The position numbers and the translations under genes are program-made. Positions 12,890 through 26,925 of a stretch of 64,000 nt of DNA are shown in pieces; position 1 is the stretch's first letter, and each line of letters opens with the position of its first letter. The stretch covers positions 20,150,001-20,214,000 of the forward strand of contig OX597832.1 in assembly GCA_951406725.2 (NCBI GenBank), written 5' to 3'. Source of the stretch: Octopus vulgaris. Lineage: Eukaryota. The notes beneath the pieces are model-generated. The model worked only from the letters and a program-made list of their open reading frames with translations, was not told the origin of the DNA and made no database searches.

Positions 12890-13330
12890 TGATCGCGGCA
12901 GGATTTGAAATCAAAATATTAAGAGCTAGAAAAATTTTCACTAACCCTTTCTCCAAAACTACCAACTCGCTTTTTGAAACAAGCCCAGAAATTTCGAAGA
13001 TGGGGTTAAATCAATTATACCGACCGCAGTGATTATCGACCCCGAGAAGATAAAGGTAAAGTCGATCTCAGAGGAATTTGGACTAAGAAGGAAATGATGG
13101 AAAGAAGCCTCCAAGAATTTCGCACGTCATTCCAAGGATTCACCAAGCTCAACACCTTATCATTAATGATAATTGTTTCTTAACATTAATGATTATTCTT
13201 ACTAAATAACGAAGAAAGTTAGCAATTAAGTAACAAAGCTTAATCTAGTTCAATGACCCTAGTAAAGTACTGCCTCGATCTCCGCAGGGATGGGGTTCAA
13301 AGTGGCGCTCGTTGGTATTTCAATTCGGAA
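12890..13330 (-). mobile_element. Decayed SINE-A copies
   Basis: atcgaccccgagaagataaaggtaaagtcga and related motifs. Confidence 0.65.
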
Positions 13331-13364
13331 CATAAAGAAACCGATTAGCTATAGAAGACCATTA

Positions 13365-13830
13365 TCTGTGGCAGAACAAGTAGCACGCCGGGCGAAATGC
13401 TTAGCGATATTTCGTCTGCCGCTACGTTCTGAGTTCAAATTCCGCCGAGGTCGACTTTGCCTTTCATCCTTTCGGGGTCGATTAAATAAGTACCAGTTAC
13501 GCACTGGAGTCGATATGATCGACTTTAAACGTTTGTGTGACCTTATTTGTCTCCTCTCTATTTAGCCCCTTGTGAGGAGTAAAGAAATAAGAAAACCATT
13601 ATCCGTGGCTGGATATAAGGTGGCGAACTGACAGAATCTTTAATATTCCGGGTAAAAATGCTTAGCAGCATTTCGCCGGTTTTTATGCTCTGGGTTCAAA
13701 TTCCGCCGAGGTCACCTTTGCCCTTCATCCTTTTGTGATCGATAAAATAAGTACCAGTGAAACACTGAGATCGATGTAATCGATTAGACCCAGCATGGAA
13801 ATTGCTGACCTTGTGCGAAAATTTGAGATT
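13365..13830 (+). mobile_element. Two adjacent SINE-A copies (13365-13590, 13617-13830) with different tails
   Basis: Both carry the B box and gcctttcatcctttcggggtcga-type core. First ends gtaaagaaata, second ends ccttgtgcgaaaatttga. Confidence 0.88.
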
Positions 13831-13891
13831 AAAATTTCTGACATGATACGTGTATGTCTGTTTGTGTTTACGTGTGTATGTGTGTATGTGC

Positions 13892-13934
<43 letters not shown>

Positions 13935-14446
13935 AAGTTGCATGTGCGTTTGTGCGAACATCTGTGTGCCTGTGTGTGGAAGCGTATCATGTTTATTATG
14001 ATATGTCCCAATCCAGATGTATGCAATTAAAATTACTTGTTAGCATGCGGTTATATATGTACAATTACTCCAGTGTGTATATCGGTCTGTTTGTGTATTT
14101 GTTAGTGTGTATGCATATTTATGCATGTATGCACGTATGCGTGTATGCACGTATGCGTTTATGCATGTATGCATGTGTCCGTAAGTTTGTACACCATCTA
14201 TTGCATATGCGTACTAGATTGGTTGTGTTTACGTGTATTAGTTAAGTGTGCATACGTCTATGCTGGTGTATGTATGTGAATGTGTGTGTGTGTGCATGCG
14301 TCTTCGAGCTAGCGTGCGTGTGTGTGACTGAGGAACTCGTTACTATATACCGACGTCACAGGAAATAACTCCTAAATGCGCATGTCCAACAAAATATAGC
14401 CTACATTTGCTGACGTTGTATATACCTTGTATATAAGTGTACATGC

Positions 14447-14488
<42 letters not shown>

Positions 14489-14519
14489 ATGTATATGCAT
14501 GTATATATATATATATACG

Positions 14520-14568
<49 letters not shown>

Positions 14569-14647
14569 ATATATGTATGAACATATGTCTCTCTATATAT
14601 ATACACATGTATATATATAGAGAGAGATATAAGTATATATACACACA

Positions 14648-14701
<54 letters not shown>

Positions 14702-15251
14702 CACACATGTTAATGTTAATGAGTGAATGAGCATATATAAGTGTGAGTGTGCATCTGTGAGTGTATGTGTGAGTGCGTGTGTGTGTGAGAGAGAAAAATT
14801 GTGTGTGCGTGCGTGCATGTGTGTATGTGTTTGTGTGCATATCTGTGTGGATTTATATAAAAGTAGACGAAGGCCATAGCGGGCAATTTAACGATGACCA
14901 AGTAGCCGGCTCTTAGCGGCGGGACATTGGAAAACTGCCCAAAAGTATAACGGATCCAGTAACCAAACAGTTAGATTTTGTAATTAGAATTCACGTCGGT
15001 TTCGATCCGTTGCCAGCAAAGCAAAGACACAAGCACGGCCATAGAGAAAGGAAATCTACTAAAAATGAACACCTGCTGGGTTTGCGTTATGTCCGAAGGA
15101 TTATAAACTTCACCCCAATTATAGGGCACACACATAGACAAGAATGCGTGACACGAACACATATGCACACACAGATGCACCTACACACACACACAATTTC
15201 CCGCATACACACACACACAGGTAATTATATACGTAGGTATATGACATGATA

Positions 15252-15304
<53 letters not shown>

Positions 15305-15521
15305 ATATATATGTATATGTATATCTGTATGGATATACTTCTATGTACTCACTCCTACACATATACTCATATTTAAAAACAGGGCGGGAGTTAAAAAAGG
15401 GAACATGTACTACAGTAGGGAGATGAATATAAAAATGAGAAAAGAATGGAAGTTTAGATAATATGGATGAGTGAATGGATGTGAAAATACCTATCTATAT
15501 GCCTGTCTGTCTGTCTATGTC

Positions 15522-15552
<31 letters not shown>

Positions 15553-15769
15553 ATATACATATATTCATACATAAATACTTACATGCATACATAAATCATA
15601 TCACCCAATGGGAGTTTATTTTAACAAAGTGGACGAATGAAGGTATAATAAATATTTTAGAATATAAATCCCTAATAAATTAATATGATTTCCGCTTCCA
15701 TAGAGAGCAGATCAATTGCTTTATGTCAATTAATAAAACACAAAAATGAGTAGGATCGTATATATATAA

Positions 15770-15975
15770 AGTAAATCCAAACATGAAAGCACAAAAAACA
15801 CAACAACGCGAGGACGTGGAACAAATATAGTATTATTGGACGCTCAGGAAAGAAGTAAAGAAGGAGGTATAACGTTTCGAGCGGAGCTCTTCGTCGGAAA
15901 CATAGGAGAAGGAAAGATCCAGAGAAGGGAAGACAGAGGTAAAAAAATCGCCAACGGTACACACGCGGTCACATG
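15770..15975 (-). mobile_element. Penelope-like terminal fragment (copy 2)
   Basis: Reverse complement of the 990-1198 unit; motif gttt-CCGACGA-aGAGC-tcc-GCTC-GAAACGTT-atac at 15867-15901. Confidence 0.65.
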
Positions 15976-15999
15976 CGAGATGTGGACAGATGTCTTCAC

Positions 16000-16180
16000 G
16001 GAATACCGGATAAGTCACCCATATCTGGATGCAACTCACTCAACAACAACCCACTACTTGCATGGACCATAAACAAAACTTGACTTAAACAGGATTTAGA
16101 TAATCCTATCAGGTGGTGCCATTACGTTTGACATGTTCTGGACCAATCTTTGGTCGAAACATCTAATTTTATCTAAGTTT
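16000..16180 (+). mobile_element. CR1-type LINE extreme 3' end
   Basis: Homologous to 33775-33940 (RIPDK.P then aaaacttgacttaaac...ggaccaatctttggtcgaaaca...ctaagttt). Confidence 0.85.
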
Positions 16181-16239
<59 letters not shown>

Positions 16240-16909
16240 AGCATTGATCCATCGGGATGAGATATGATACAGGTTGTTTAGGTTTATATCCGCGGGTAAG
16301 CAATGCTTGATGGATCGAAACGATTGTAGTGATCAATGAAGACTCTCGTATCTTCTGTCTTCCGTATCTTATTAATAATATGTGTATATGTGTATACATG
16401 TGTGTGTAAGTATGTATATATGCATGTATGTAAATATGTGTGTCTGTATGCGTACAACCTATTACAGCTTCTCTGCAAACAACTCATCTGGTCAATCAAG
16501 AGATGTTTTTGTAGAAAAACATTTAGAAAGATACATACGTATATTTATATATTGAGTATACTTCTAGCTTGGATAAATGATACTTCTACTGAGAATTTAA
16601 TAAATATTTAATAATTTAATAAATATTTTCTATACCGATTTCTATATATGAAAAGTGTACAATATTCGTAACTGAGAAGGCGAAATCAAGTCGAAACAAT
16701 GTATACGGTGGTTCATTACTGTTTTGAAACTACAGCTAACCGTTCCTTGTTTGAATGTAGATCATAAATGTTTAACAAACTGACATTCCATTCCAAACGT
16801 GTATATTAAACTATTATTATTAATACTGTCTTCTCATTTAGGCGTAAGATCAGATCTTTTGAGGGAGCGAGTTGTTGAAGATATATTACGTCTCCGTAAT
16901 TTAGTCGTT

Positions 16910-17060
16910 CAGTAAAAATGACCGATAAATCCTGGTGTTGACTTTTTCAACTAAATAGAATAAATCCTGGTGTTGACTTTTTCAACTAAACAGCCTTCAA
17001 GGCAATTCACCAGCATGGCCGCAGCCAAATGACTAAAAAAAGAAAAAAAGAAATGAGTAA
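16910..17060 (+). mobile_element. SINE-B 3' fragment with a local tandem duplication
   Basis: ccagcatggccgcagccaaatgact tail; aaatcctggtgttgactttttcaactaaa occurs twice. Confidence 0.7.
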
Positions 17061-17309
17061 AAGTGAAAAATAAAATGATACTTCTACTGAGAGGCATACA
17101 TTTGTGTAGCTTCGTCATATTGTTTCATTTAGGTAAAAAAAAGTTAGTGTCTATTTATCCTTACATAACACTCAAAAGTATTATTTAAGAATTCTTTCGT
17201 TTCTTTTTTTCTGTTAAGCCGGTTGTCTGTTGTATATAAAGTGAATTCCCTATATACATTGCATTTGCAGAGGTGTGTTTAACATTATTTAGTAGTTAAA
17301 TTTTGTCAT

Positions 17310-17465
17310 TATTAGCTCTGAATTCAAATTCCGCCGAAGTCGACTTTGCCTTTCACTCTTTCAGTGCCGATAAATTAAATACCAATAGCGTACTGGCATC
17401 GATCTAATCGACTGGCCCACTTCCCCACAAAACTTTGGGTCTTGTGCATATAATAGAAAAGATTA
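17310..17465 (+). mobile_element. SINE-A, 5' truncated
   Basis: ttcaaattccgccgaagtcgactttgcctttca ... cttgtgcatataatagaaaag. Confidence 0.85.
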
Positions 17466-17852
17466 TGAGTTCTGGCTAATTCTAGAAGACATTTTATGTC
17501 ATAAATCGCAATTTTAAAACTAAAAATATATTGACTATTATGAAAAATTAAAATTTTTTTTTTTCCATTTCCCATCTATATCATTCACTGATATTTCATA
17601 CACATTCATATTTGGTATTATAGTCTCAAAGAAACTAAAATATTTATTTTTGAAATTGAACAGAAAAGAATAAATATGCTTTTTTTTCAGCGATTTTCAT
17701 TTGGGACTTTTCGAAAACATTTTTAATTTCCAAAATAATTTATATATGAAGAGAATATAAATACTATATATTGTTTCAAATTCAAAAACACCTGGCAAAG
17801 CCAGAAAAGTACGTATGGAACAATTTGGCAGTTAATGATTTAATATTGTCTC

Positions 17853-18070
17853 ATACTCTTTTACTCTTTTACTCTTTTACTTCAGTCATTTGACTGCGGC
17901 CATGCTGGAGCACCACCTTTAGTCGAGAAAATCGACCCCAGGACTTATTCTTTGTAAGCCTAGTACATATTCTATCGGTGTCTTTCACCGAACCGCTAAG
18001 TTACGGGAACGTAACAAGGGATGTTGGCGGAGGTGGGGGTGGGGATGGCAAACACAGACACACACACATA
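17853..18070 (-). mobile_element. SINE-B 3' half
   Basis: (tactcttt)n then cagtcatttgactgcggccatgctggagcacc. Confidence 0.9.
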
Positions 18071-19579
18071 TATATAACGAAACCAAACGAATGTATATAA
18101 ATTATATGTATATATATTATATATGAAAATATGTTATTTATGAAACTTTAATTGTAAGAAAAAAATGTCTGCAAAAAATAAAAAATCGAAGTCGTGTGTG
18201 GAAATGCAAGTACATCTACACTAAGCATTCTAAACTGGTCTTTCTTTCCAAGTATTATTCTTCATCTCTTCGTGTTTATTTCGCGCAAACGCACTCTAGT
18301 TCTCTACCTCTTTCTCTCCCCAGCTGTGCCTTCCCTCTCATATTCTCTGTGTATCAGTCTGTCTATCTATATATCTGTCGTCTGTCTGTCTGCTTCTCTC
18401 TTTCTTTCTCGTGTACACAACAAAGCAGACATTTTCTTTTTCACTCTCTCTCATTCTGTATATCTGTATGTGTCTCTATGTGCCCGTCTCTCTATATGTC
18501 CGTCCTCCATCTCTCTCTCCCTCCCCTCTCTCTCTCTCTCTCTTTCTCTCTTTCTTTCGTATACTCTATAAAGCAGACATTTTCTTTTTCACTCTCTCTC
18601 ACATTCTATGTATATTTGTCTGTCTATCTATCTATCACTCTCGCTCTCTCTCTCTCTCGTATACACTACAAAGCAGACGCATTCTCTCTCTCGTTCTCTC
18701 TCTCTTTCTTTCTATAAACTTCTCTCACCTCTCTTTCATTCTCCCTCCTTTCTATATGTCCCTTTCTGTCTCTCTTCTCCTTCTTCCTGTCTCTGTCTCC
18801 CCCATCTCTCTCACTGTCCCATGTCTCCCTCTCTATTCGTTCTCTCACTGTCACTACTCTCTCTCTCTCTCTCTCTCACTTTCTCTCACACTCATCTCTT
18901 CTTTTCTCGTATATACCCTAGCAAGCACGCAAACACGCTCTCTCTGTTTCTCTGTATCTATCACCACTCTCCCTCTTTGTCCCACTCTCTCCCCTTCTCC
19001 TCATTCTGTCCACCTCCCCCATCACACTCATACAACAACAAACACAAAGAAACACAAACACAAATACAAACACATGCACACAGACATACACAACAACTAT
19101 CAAATCACACACTCGTCAAAAACACACAAAGACCGACTAATTTGTTATGAAGCCATACTCAGAAATAATACTTTCTATTTAGCCCGCGGCCGCATCTGGT
19201 TCTTTCATAGAGGCCACAGATGTAACTAACCTCGTCTAGGATCTCATTAGAACGTCATCTTTATCAATCTAATCCAAAAACATCTCGGCCCCTCTGGTTG
19301 TATTATATATAAGAGCCAAGATTATCACACGTAACTTAGACGGACAGTTCCAAAGTTAAAGAGATGGTGGAAGTGCTATGACTGATGGCTGGTTGGTAGG
19401 TTTGTCGGCTGGTTTTATGGCTAGCTGGATGGTTGGCCGGTTTGGTGGCTGGCTAGCGGATTGGCTTGCTGGCTGGCTAGTTGGTTGGTTCGTTTGCTGG
19501 CTGGCTGGCTGGTTGGTTGGACGGCGGGCTGAGTTGCTTTCAAGTTGGTTATTTCATCTATTTTTTTTGTTATTTTATC

Positions 19580-19760
19580 TTATACTTGTTTCAGTTAATA
19601 AACTACGGCCATGCTGGGGCACCACCTTGAAAGCTTTCATTTGTTCTATCGGTATCTTTTGCCGAACCGCTAATGTTACGGTGACATATACGCACCTGCA
19701 TAACGTGGCAAGCCATGATAGGTACACGAACACAATCATTCACGCATATATCAATACACA
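19580..19760 (-). mobile_element. SINE-B, decayed
   Basis: cttgtttcagt...cggccatgctggggcacc...ttttgccgaaccgctaa. Confidence 0.75.
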
Positions 19761-20011
19761 CACACACTCACACGCGCGCACCTTGCCTTCCGAAACAAGG
19801 ACAACTGAAGAAGGGGAATATTATTTATGTTGTATGTCACTTTTCTCATTGTATTCAACGTGTTTTTTTTTTATGTCATGTACCCATATATGCATGTGTA
19901 TATACATATATATGTAGGTATGTACACACATGTATGTATATATGCATATATTTATATTATCATATGATCGAACGCCACTCGTCCTTTTCCAAGTAAATTA
20001 TATATATATAA

Positions 20012-20160
20012 TTTCTCTCTGTGTATCTTTCTGTTGAAGAGCGTAGGCTCGAAACGTTAAAGACTTGTTTTATTTATATTTCCTGAGCGCCATACTAATA
20101 CAATTGTTTGTTTGTTTTCCCCCTGCCTTCGTCTTTTGTCTATTTTCATAAAGCTTCCCG

Positions 20161-20162
<2 letters not shown>
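20012..20162 (+). mobile_element. Penelope-like terminal fragment, second subfamily
   Basis: tcttt-CTGTTGA-aGAGC-gtag-GCTC-GAAACGTT-aaaga followed by ttcctgagcg..ca, as in the first subfamily; flanked by (TA)n. Confidence 0.6.
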
Positions 20163-20195
<33 letters not shown>

Positions 20196-20235
20196 GCTTC
20201 TTTCAGTTTCCATCTACCAAATCTACTCACAAGGC

Positions 20236-20396
<161 letters not shown>

Positions 20397-20852
20397 AAAG
20401 GATCAAGGCGGTGAGCTAGCATGATCGTGTGCCCACCAGACGAAATGTTTTGCGGTATTCCTTCCGTCGTTTCATTCTGAGTTCAGATACAATCGAGGCC
20501 TAACATACGTCTTATCCTTTCAGAGCCGTCGAAATAAGAACCAGGTGAGATTTCCCCGCTACCTAGAATTTGAGTGTCTTATTCCAGAATTTGAAACCAT
20601 TATTTCTAAGAGAGTGAATTTGTGATACAAGAATAACATAAGGTTCATCAGCACATCGAGTCACCAATAGCTACATCATTAAAGCGATTTGAGAAAGTCG
20701 TGAGAGTGGAAGGTAAAAGGAATTGCTGTATTCGTTTTGATTCTCGGTTAAAATTCTTTTTTTTTCTCATCAATCACATCTTTTCATCTTCCCTGTATAT
20801 TTAAATAAAATTACAAATTTTCCATCACCGTCGTCGTCGTCGTCGTCGTCAC

Positions 20853-20892
<40 letters not shown>

Positions 20893-21023
20893 TTTTATTT
20901 TCTTTTATCCCCTCTTCCTTTTCTTCCATCTACTCTTCTTCTCCTTCTTCATCTCCCTTCTTCTCTTTCATCTTTATCTTTTTCTTATCAAATTATTCAT
21001 GGACAGATCGGTTGTCTTCATAC

Positions 21024-21107
21024 CTTGATAGCGAAGGGTCCCGTTTAATTCTAAAACTTCCCTAGATATGCCGTATGCCATAACGCCACCGATACAAATC
21101 CGTCTTT
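21024..21107 (-). CDS. Candidate internal coding exon (84 nt, phase 1/1), product unknown
   Basis: Minus strand ttttatctttaacag|AAAGACGG...CTATCAAG|gtatga. Only one frame is open: RRICIGGVMAYGISREVLELNGTLRYQ(G). Unique, non-repetitive sequence. Confidence 0.5.
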
Positions 21108-21475
21108 CTGTTAAAGATAAAACGGAAATATGGAGATCGTTACGTATTTTGTGATTCAGTCCCTGATGTTCGATGATCGATCAGACATATAACCAAAAGT
21201 CTTCTAGAAGTGAGCGCTAGGCCTTTGTTATGCGTTTTTTCTGCTTCAGATTTGTGGTATCTAGGATTGCATTTTTGGATGTTTGCTCTATTTGAAAAAT
21301 TGCTGTAAGACAAGACTCCAAAACGTAGAGGAACACCATTCATGCTACAAGACTTCTGATGAAGGTGCAAGACTTCAAGGCTCAAAGGACCTGAAGGCGA
21401 AAAACTTTCATAGATCCCCTCGTAGGTGCCTTATATACATACACATATGTGTGTGGTCGTGTGTGTGTGCATGTA

Positions 21476-21884
21476 TACTCTTTACTCTTTTAATCTTTTA
21501 CTTGTTTCAGTCATTTGACTGCAGCCATGCTGGAGCACCGCCTTTAATCGAGCAACTCGACCCCAGGACTTATTCTTTGTAAGCCTAGTACTTATTCTAT
21601 CGGTCTCTTTTGCCGAACCGCAAAGTAATGGGGACATAAACACACCAGCATCGGTTGTCAAGCAATGCTAGGGGGACAAACACAGACACACAAACATGCA
21701 CACACGTACATATATATATACGACAGGCTTCTTTCAGTTTCAGCCTACCAAATCCACTCACAAGGCTTTGGTCGGTCCGAGGCTATAGTAGAAGACACTT
21801 GCCCAAGGTGCCACGCATTGGGACTGAACCCGGAACCATGTGGTTGGTAAGCAAGCTACTTACCAGACAGCCACTCCTATGCCT
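21476..21884 (-). mobile_element. SINE-B full length
   Basis: Same architecture as 4170-4563. Confidence 0.92.
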
Positions 21885-22576
21885 ATGTTTTTATATATAA
21901 CACATCAAAGATTCGAAAATGTTTCCGTTGACCAGCTTCACCCACAAGACATTCGTAAGCACCTGGCTATCGGAGAGCGCACTTGCTCAAGATATCCCAC
22001 AGCCTTAACATTTTCTGATACTTATTCGTTTTTTTTTTTATATATTTCTAAAAATTCCGGCTGCAAATATTAACATCGTATTTGTTAAGAAGGAATGTGC
22101 TAAATTCAATAATGAGTGTCAAGTGAGGCAGTTGTGGCAATTTTAAAATGTTACATTATAGTATAAATTTGGTGAAAAAACAAAACCGATAAAATCCAAA
22201 CAAGAAAATTATGGAACGACAAAAGGGAAGGAACACAATATCTAAAAACGATGATTAAGAGCATAGAGATAATGAAACATTCACTTACTCGTTGAAATCC
22301 TCTGCTTGCTAAAATAGAAAGAAATGGAAAAGATATGTTTTATTAGAAGGCTTAGGAAACTTTCAGTTATGGAATACTATGAACAAGAACATATATAAGT
22401 GAGCGCTTGTATGTGGGTCTTCCGTATGTCTACAAAGACTGTATGCCAATACGCGAGTAGTTGTGTGCATGTGTGTGTGTGCGTGTGTATATATATATAT
22501 ATACGCACATGCATATATATGTATATATATGTGTGTGTGTATATATATATATATATATGGTTATATCTATACATAC

Positions 22577-22622
<46 letters not shown>

Positions 22623-22629
22623 ATAAATA

Positions 22630-22663
<34 letters not shown>

Positions 22664-22768
22664 AAGAGAGAGAGAGAGAGGAGTGATATATATACTATGC
22701 ACATACATATAGTTGGTTACATACATATATAATGTGTATACTTATAGCTATATTTATATCTAATCATT

Positions 22769-22813
<45 letters not shown>

Positions 22814-23395
22814 ATATGTGTGTGAGTGAGAGAATTTATTACGTCTTACGCACCTACGCGCACTACCCACACTAAATGTTTATATACACATACTCATATG
22901 TATGCATGTATGAATGTATATATGCATGTGTAAATATGTATATATACAATTCATATGCATACACACACATATATATATTTAATATATTATACATACATAC
23001 ATATGTATACACACCTTCACGCGCACACACATGCATACACTCATATATATATATATATATATATATACGCACACACATAAATTTGTATCACATATTCATG
23101 AATTTTTTTTCCTGATATATATTTTTTTCTTCTTTCAAAGCAAAGAAATGTTATGAAAGAAATTATTCACGCAAAGAAATGTATGAATGCTTTGACTTCC
23201 GATACGACATGGATTGCTGGAATGGTTCCAAATCTATAGAAATTTCAGCTCTTAATACCAGATTCAGCATCTATTTCCTCCACTACTAATACTCTGTACG
23301 ATATATTCGACCTCTGCAGCTTTTCGTGTCAAAGTATGTATATATACCTATATCTATATCTATACAGCTCACTCTTTCTCTCTCTATATATATGC

Positions 23396-23469
<74 letters not shown>

Positions 23470-23553
23470 GTATGTATGTATGTATGTATATATATGTGTG
23501 TGCGTATATAAATGTATATATCGGTATATACATGCATACATATATATGTATGT

Positions 23554-23603
<50 letters not shown>

Positions 23604-23734
23604 ACACACACACACGAATATATATATATATACTCATACACATATATTTATGATTATTCTCATGTATGTATATATATATATATTTTTTTGAATACATATA
23701 TATATGTATATGTTTCTTTTCTCTTCTCCAAGTA

Positions 23735-23803
<69 letters not shown>

Positions 23804-23867
23804 GTACAAAAATGTATATGTATGTAGATATGTATGTATATATGTATGTAAGTATTTATGTGTGTAT

Positions 23868-23908
<41 letters not shown>

Positions 23909-24446
23909 AAATTATTGAGAGAGAGAGAGAGAGAGGGAGAAATGTATGTATGTATTTCAGTGTTATTTAAATCCCATCAGGCTACACAAATCCTGCTCTT
24001 CACGTATCTCATTAATTACACCAAATCAAATATAACGTCATCTACCCGAATTCATGTACACTTTTGTAACTTCAGCTGGAGATATGCACACGTTACTCTT
24101 ACGCATCTGTTTGCCGCGGGGTGGCACATTATAGCATATGCCTTTGTGTGTGTGTATGTGTGTTTCTTTTTTTTTATTGTATGAAAAAAAAATGTTAATA
24201 TGTTTTATGCTGAAGAAATACAGATGTTCTTTAAAAATATCATTGAAAATGAATGTCTTATGATACCAAGCGATTACATTGCGATTGATATGAAATTCCA
24301 AGTATTATCAGATGGTATGGGTTGTGCAGAAAACAGCGATCGTTGGCCCCCAAAAATTGCACTGATATTTTACAATCACAACTATAGGTATAAATGTTAG
24401 TAGACCCCCTAGATATTCCATATTTTATGAACATTATTTCGTTGCG

Positions 24447-24789
24447 TTATTACGTCCGCCTTAGCGACGGCGGAGGTATTATTTTCAGTCGTGTTTGTTT
24501 GTTTGGTTGTTTGTCCGTGGACGAGATATCTCGAGAACCACTCGATGGGGATTCGGATGAAACTTTCGGGTATGTTTGGCCTCGTGACTAGCACGAACTG
24601 ATAAGAGTTTTGGGATCGATCCGGTTCTGGACAAGGATTTTGGATTATTTTTCTGGTGTTTTTACTTCATTTTTAAGAGCGGTTGGGTTCATTTTAAATA
24701 TTCTCATTTTGAAAATCATCTCTGGCTAACCGTTGAGAAGACATTGCTGTTGATTTGGCGGAGGTTTGCGCTCTCTGAGTGCTATTATT
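24447..24789 (+). mobile_element. Non-autonomous Helentron-associated (HINE/DINE-like) element
   Basis: 5' ttattacgtccgcc..ggcggaggt palindrome, (GTTT)n, 3' subterminal ggcggaggt then hairpin gcgctc-tct-gagtgc, T-rich flanks. Confidence 0.75.
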
Positions 24790-24894
24790 TCATATAGTTT
24801 CATAACATATTTTTACGGTTTTAATGACAGGAAAAACTTTGATGTTAGTGTTTAGCTTTGATTTAAAATAACGCATAGGGTTAGTAACAAATGT

Positions 24895-25757
24895 GGTCTC
24901 AAATTTTTGAGACAAAGCTAGTAATTTTGCAGGAGGGGATAAGTCGATTACAGTGACTTCAGTGCTCAACTGGTACTTAATTTATCGACCTCGAAAGATG
25001 AAACACAAAGCGGTCCTCGGCGGAATTTTAATCCAGAACGTAAAAACGGATGACATGCCGCAAAGTATATGACCAGCGTGCTAACAATTCTTTTCTACTA
25101 TAGGCACAAGGCTTGAAACTTTAGCGGAACTGGCAAGTTGATTACATCGATCCCAGTACTCAACTGATACTTAATTTATCGACCCCGAAAGGATGAAAGG
25201 CAGAGTCAACCTTAGCGGAATTTGAACTCAGAACGAAATACCTATTTCTTTACTACCCACCAGGGGCTAAACACAGAGGAAACAAACAAGGACAGACAGA
25301 CGGATCAAGTCGATTACATCTACCCCAGTGCGTAACTGGTGCTTAATTTATCGACCCCGGAAGGCTGAAAGGCAAAGTCGACCTCAGCGGAATTTGAACT
25401 CAGAACGAGATACCTATTTCTATACTACACACATCGATCCCAGTACTCAACTGATACTTAATTTATCGACCCCGAAAGGATGAAAGGCAGAGTAAACCTT
25501 AGCGGAATTTGAACTCAGAACGAAATACCTATTTCTTTACTACCCACCAGGGGCTAAACACAGAGGGAACAAACAAGGAGAGACAAACGGAATAAGTCGA
25601 TTATATCGACCCCAGTGCGTAACTGGTACTTATTTTATCGACCCCGAAAAGATGAGAGGCAAAGTCGACCTCAGCGGAATTTGAACTCAGAACGTAACGG
25701 CAGACGAAATACCGCTGAGCATTTCGCCTGGCGTCCTAACGATTCTGCCAGCTCGCC
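24895..25757 (-). mobile_element. SINE-A array: head plus four bodies, followed by an older copy
   Basis: Repeated atcgaccccgaaaggatgaaaggca bodies joined at gaaatacctatttc (25235, 25522; variant near 25406). Confidence 0.9.
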
Positions 25758-26564
25758 AAGTTAGCGTTAGTAACAATATAATAAATGTTATGCGTTGCTC
25801 TTTGCACTTATGTTTTCTCCTTTATCTGACAGCTGTTGTCTCCCTTCATTAACAGTTGTTTCCGCTTCTTTCCTTTTCCCTTTTTTAAAAACAAAAAAGA
25901 ATCTCATTGAGTTTCTCTATGTCTGCCTGTTTGACTTCAGCATACAAGAATATCAAACGAGCTCACCAACAGGTATTTGTTTTTTTTAATTCTTTTCAAA
26001 ACGTTTCATTTGAACACACATCGTGATTAGCAGAACGCTTTGATAGATCCTACAAGTTTTAGCATTAAAAGTAACAGCAGCATGAGCAGAAGCAGTAGCA
26101 GCAGCAGCTATGTACTTTTTAGCTATGTTCCATAAAACTGCTGCAACTATTTCTACAATTCTGCGTATAAATCAGATGGAAATTATACCCGCAAAATCTA
26201 AATTATTCGAAATATATTTCATCTCCACAAAACCACAAAAAATTTTCGGTGCATTCATATACGTGCATGTGTGTATGAGTATGACATATATATGTGTGTG
26301 CATGTGTGTGTGTGTATGTGTGTGTGTGTGTATTACTCTCTTAAAAACTGGTAACTTGAAATTCCGAGTATTGACTCACACGGATACATACACAGCTTTG
26401 ATTTGAATAAATAATGTTTTTCCACTTCACTTAACAGTATTCAGTATATTTTATGCTGAATTGCATTCAACACTAAATCGAAATGGCCATACACTTTTGT
26501 TTCTAGATGTGAATGCCTATAAACGTGAAACATCACATCAAATGTGAAATGTATTAGAATATAT

Positions 26565-26569
26565 CATTA

Positions 26570-26651
<82 letters not shown>

Positions 26652-26700
26652 TACTACTATTATCATTATTTTATTTTTATCATTATTATTATTATTATTA

Positions 26701-26778
<78 letters not shown>

Positions 26779-26823
26779 TGTTATTATTATTATTATATTT
26801 TTATTATTATTATTATATTTTTA

Positions 26824-26859
<36 letters not shown>

Positions 26860-26925
26860 TTTTATTATTATTATAATATATTTATCATCATCATCATCAT
26901 CATCATCATTATTATTATTATTATT
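26565..26925 (+). repeat. Imperfect (TAT)n/(CAT)n microsatellite
   Basis: Seen directly. Confidence 0.97.

Noticed and set aside
19230-19295. Minus-strand exon-like segment with GAG|gttagt donor
   Set aside because: All three frames contain stops.
21108-21143. 36-nt GT-AG intron linking ORF 21140-21385 to the 84-nt exon
   Set aside because: Very short for a spliceosomal intron and the phases are incompatible.
21350-21415. Hammerhead-like CTGATGA-AGGT...ACCT-GAAG
   Set aside because: Second box is GAAG rather than GAAA and no convincing stem I closes it.
24895-25757. CRISPR-like regularly spaced repeats
   Set aside because: Units are whole SINE bodies with no unique spacers, there are no cas genes, and the context is eukaryotic.
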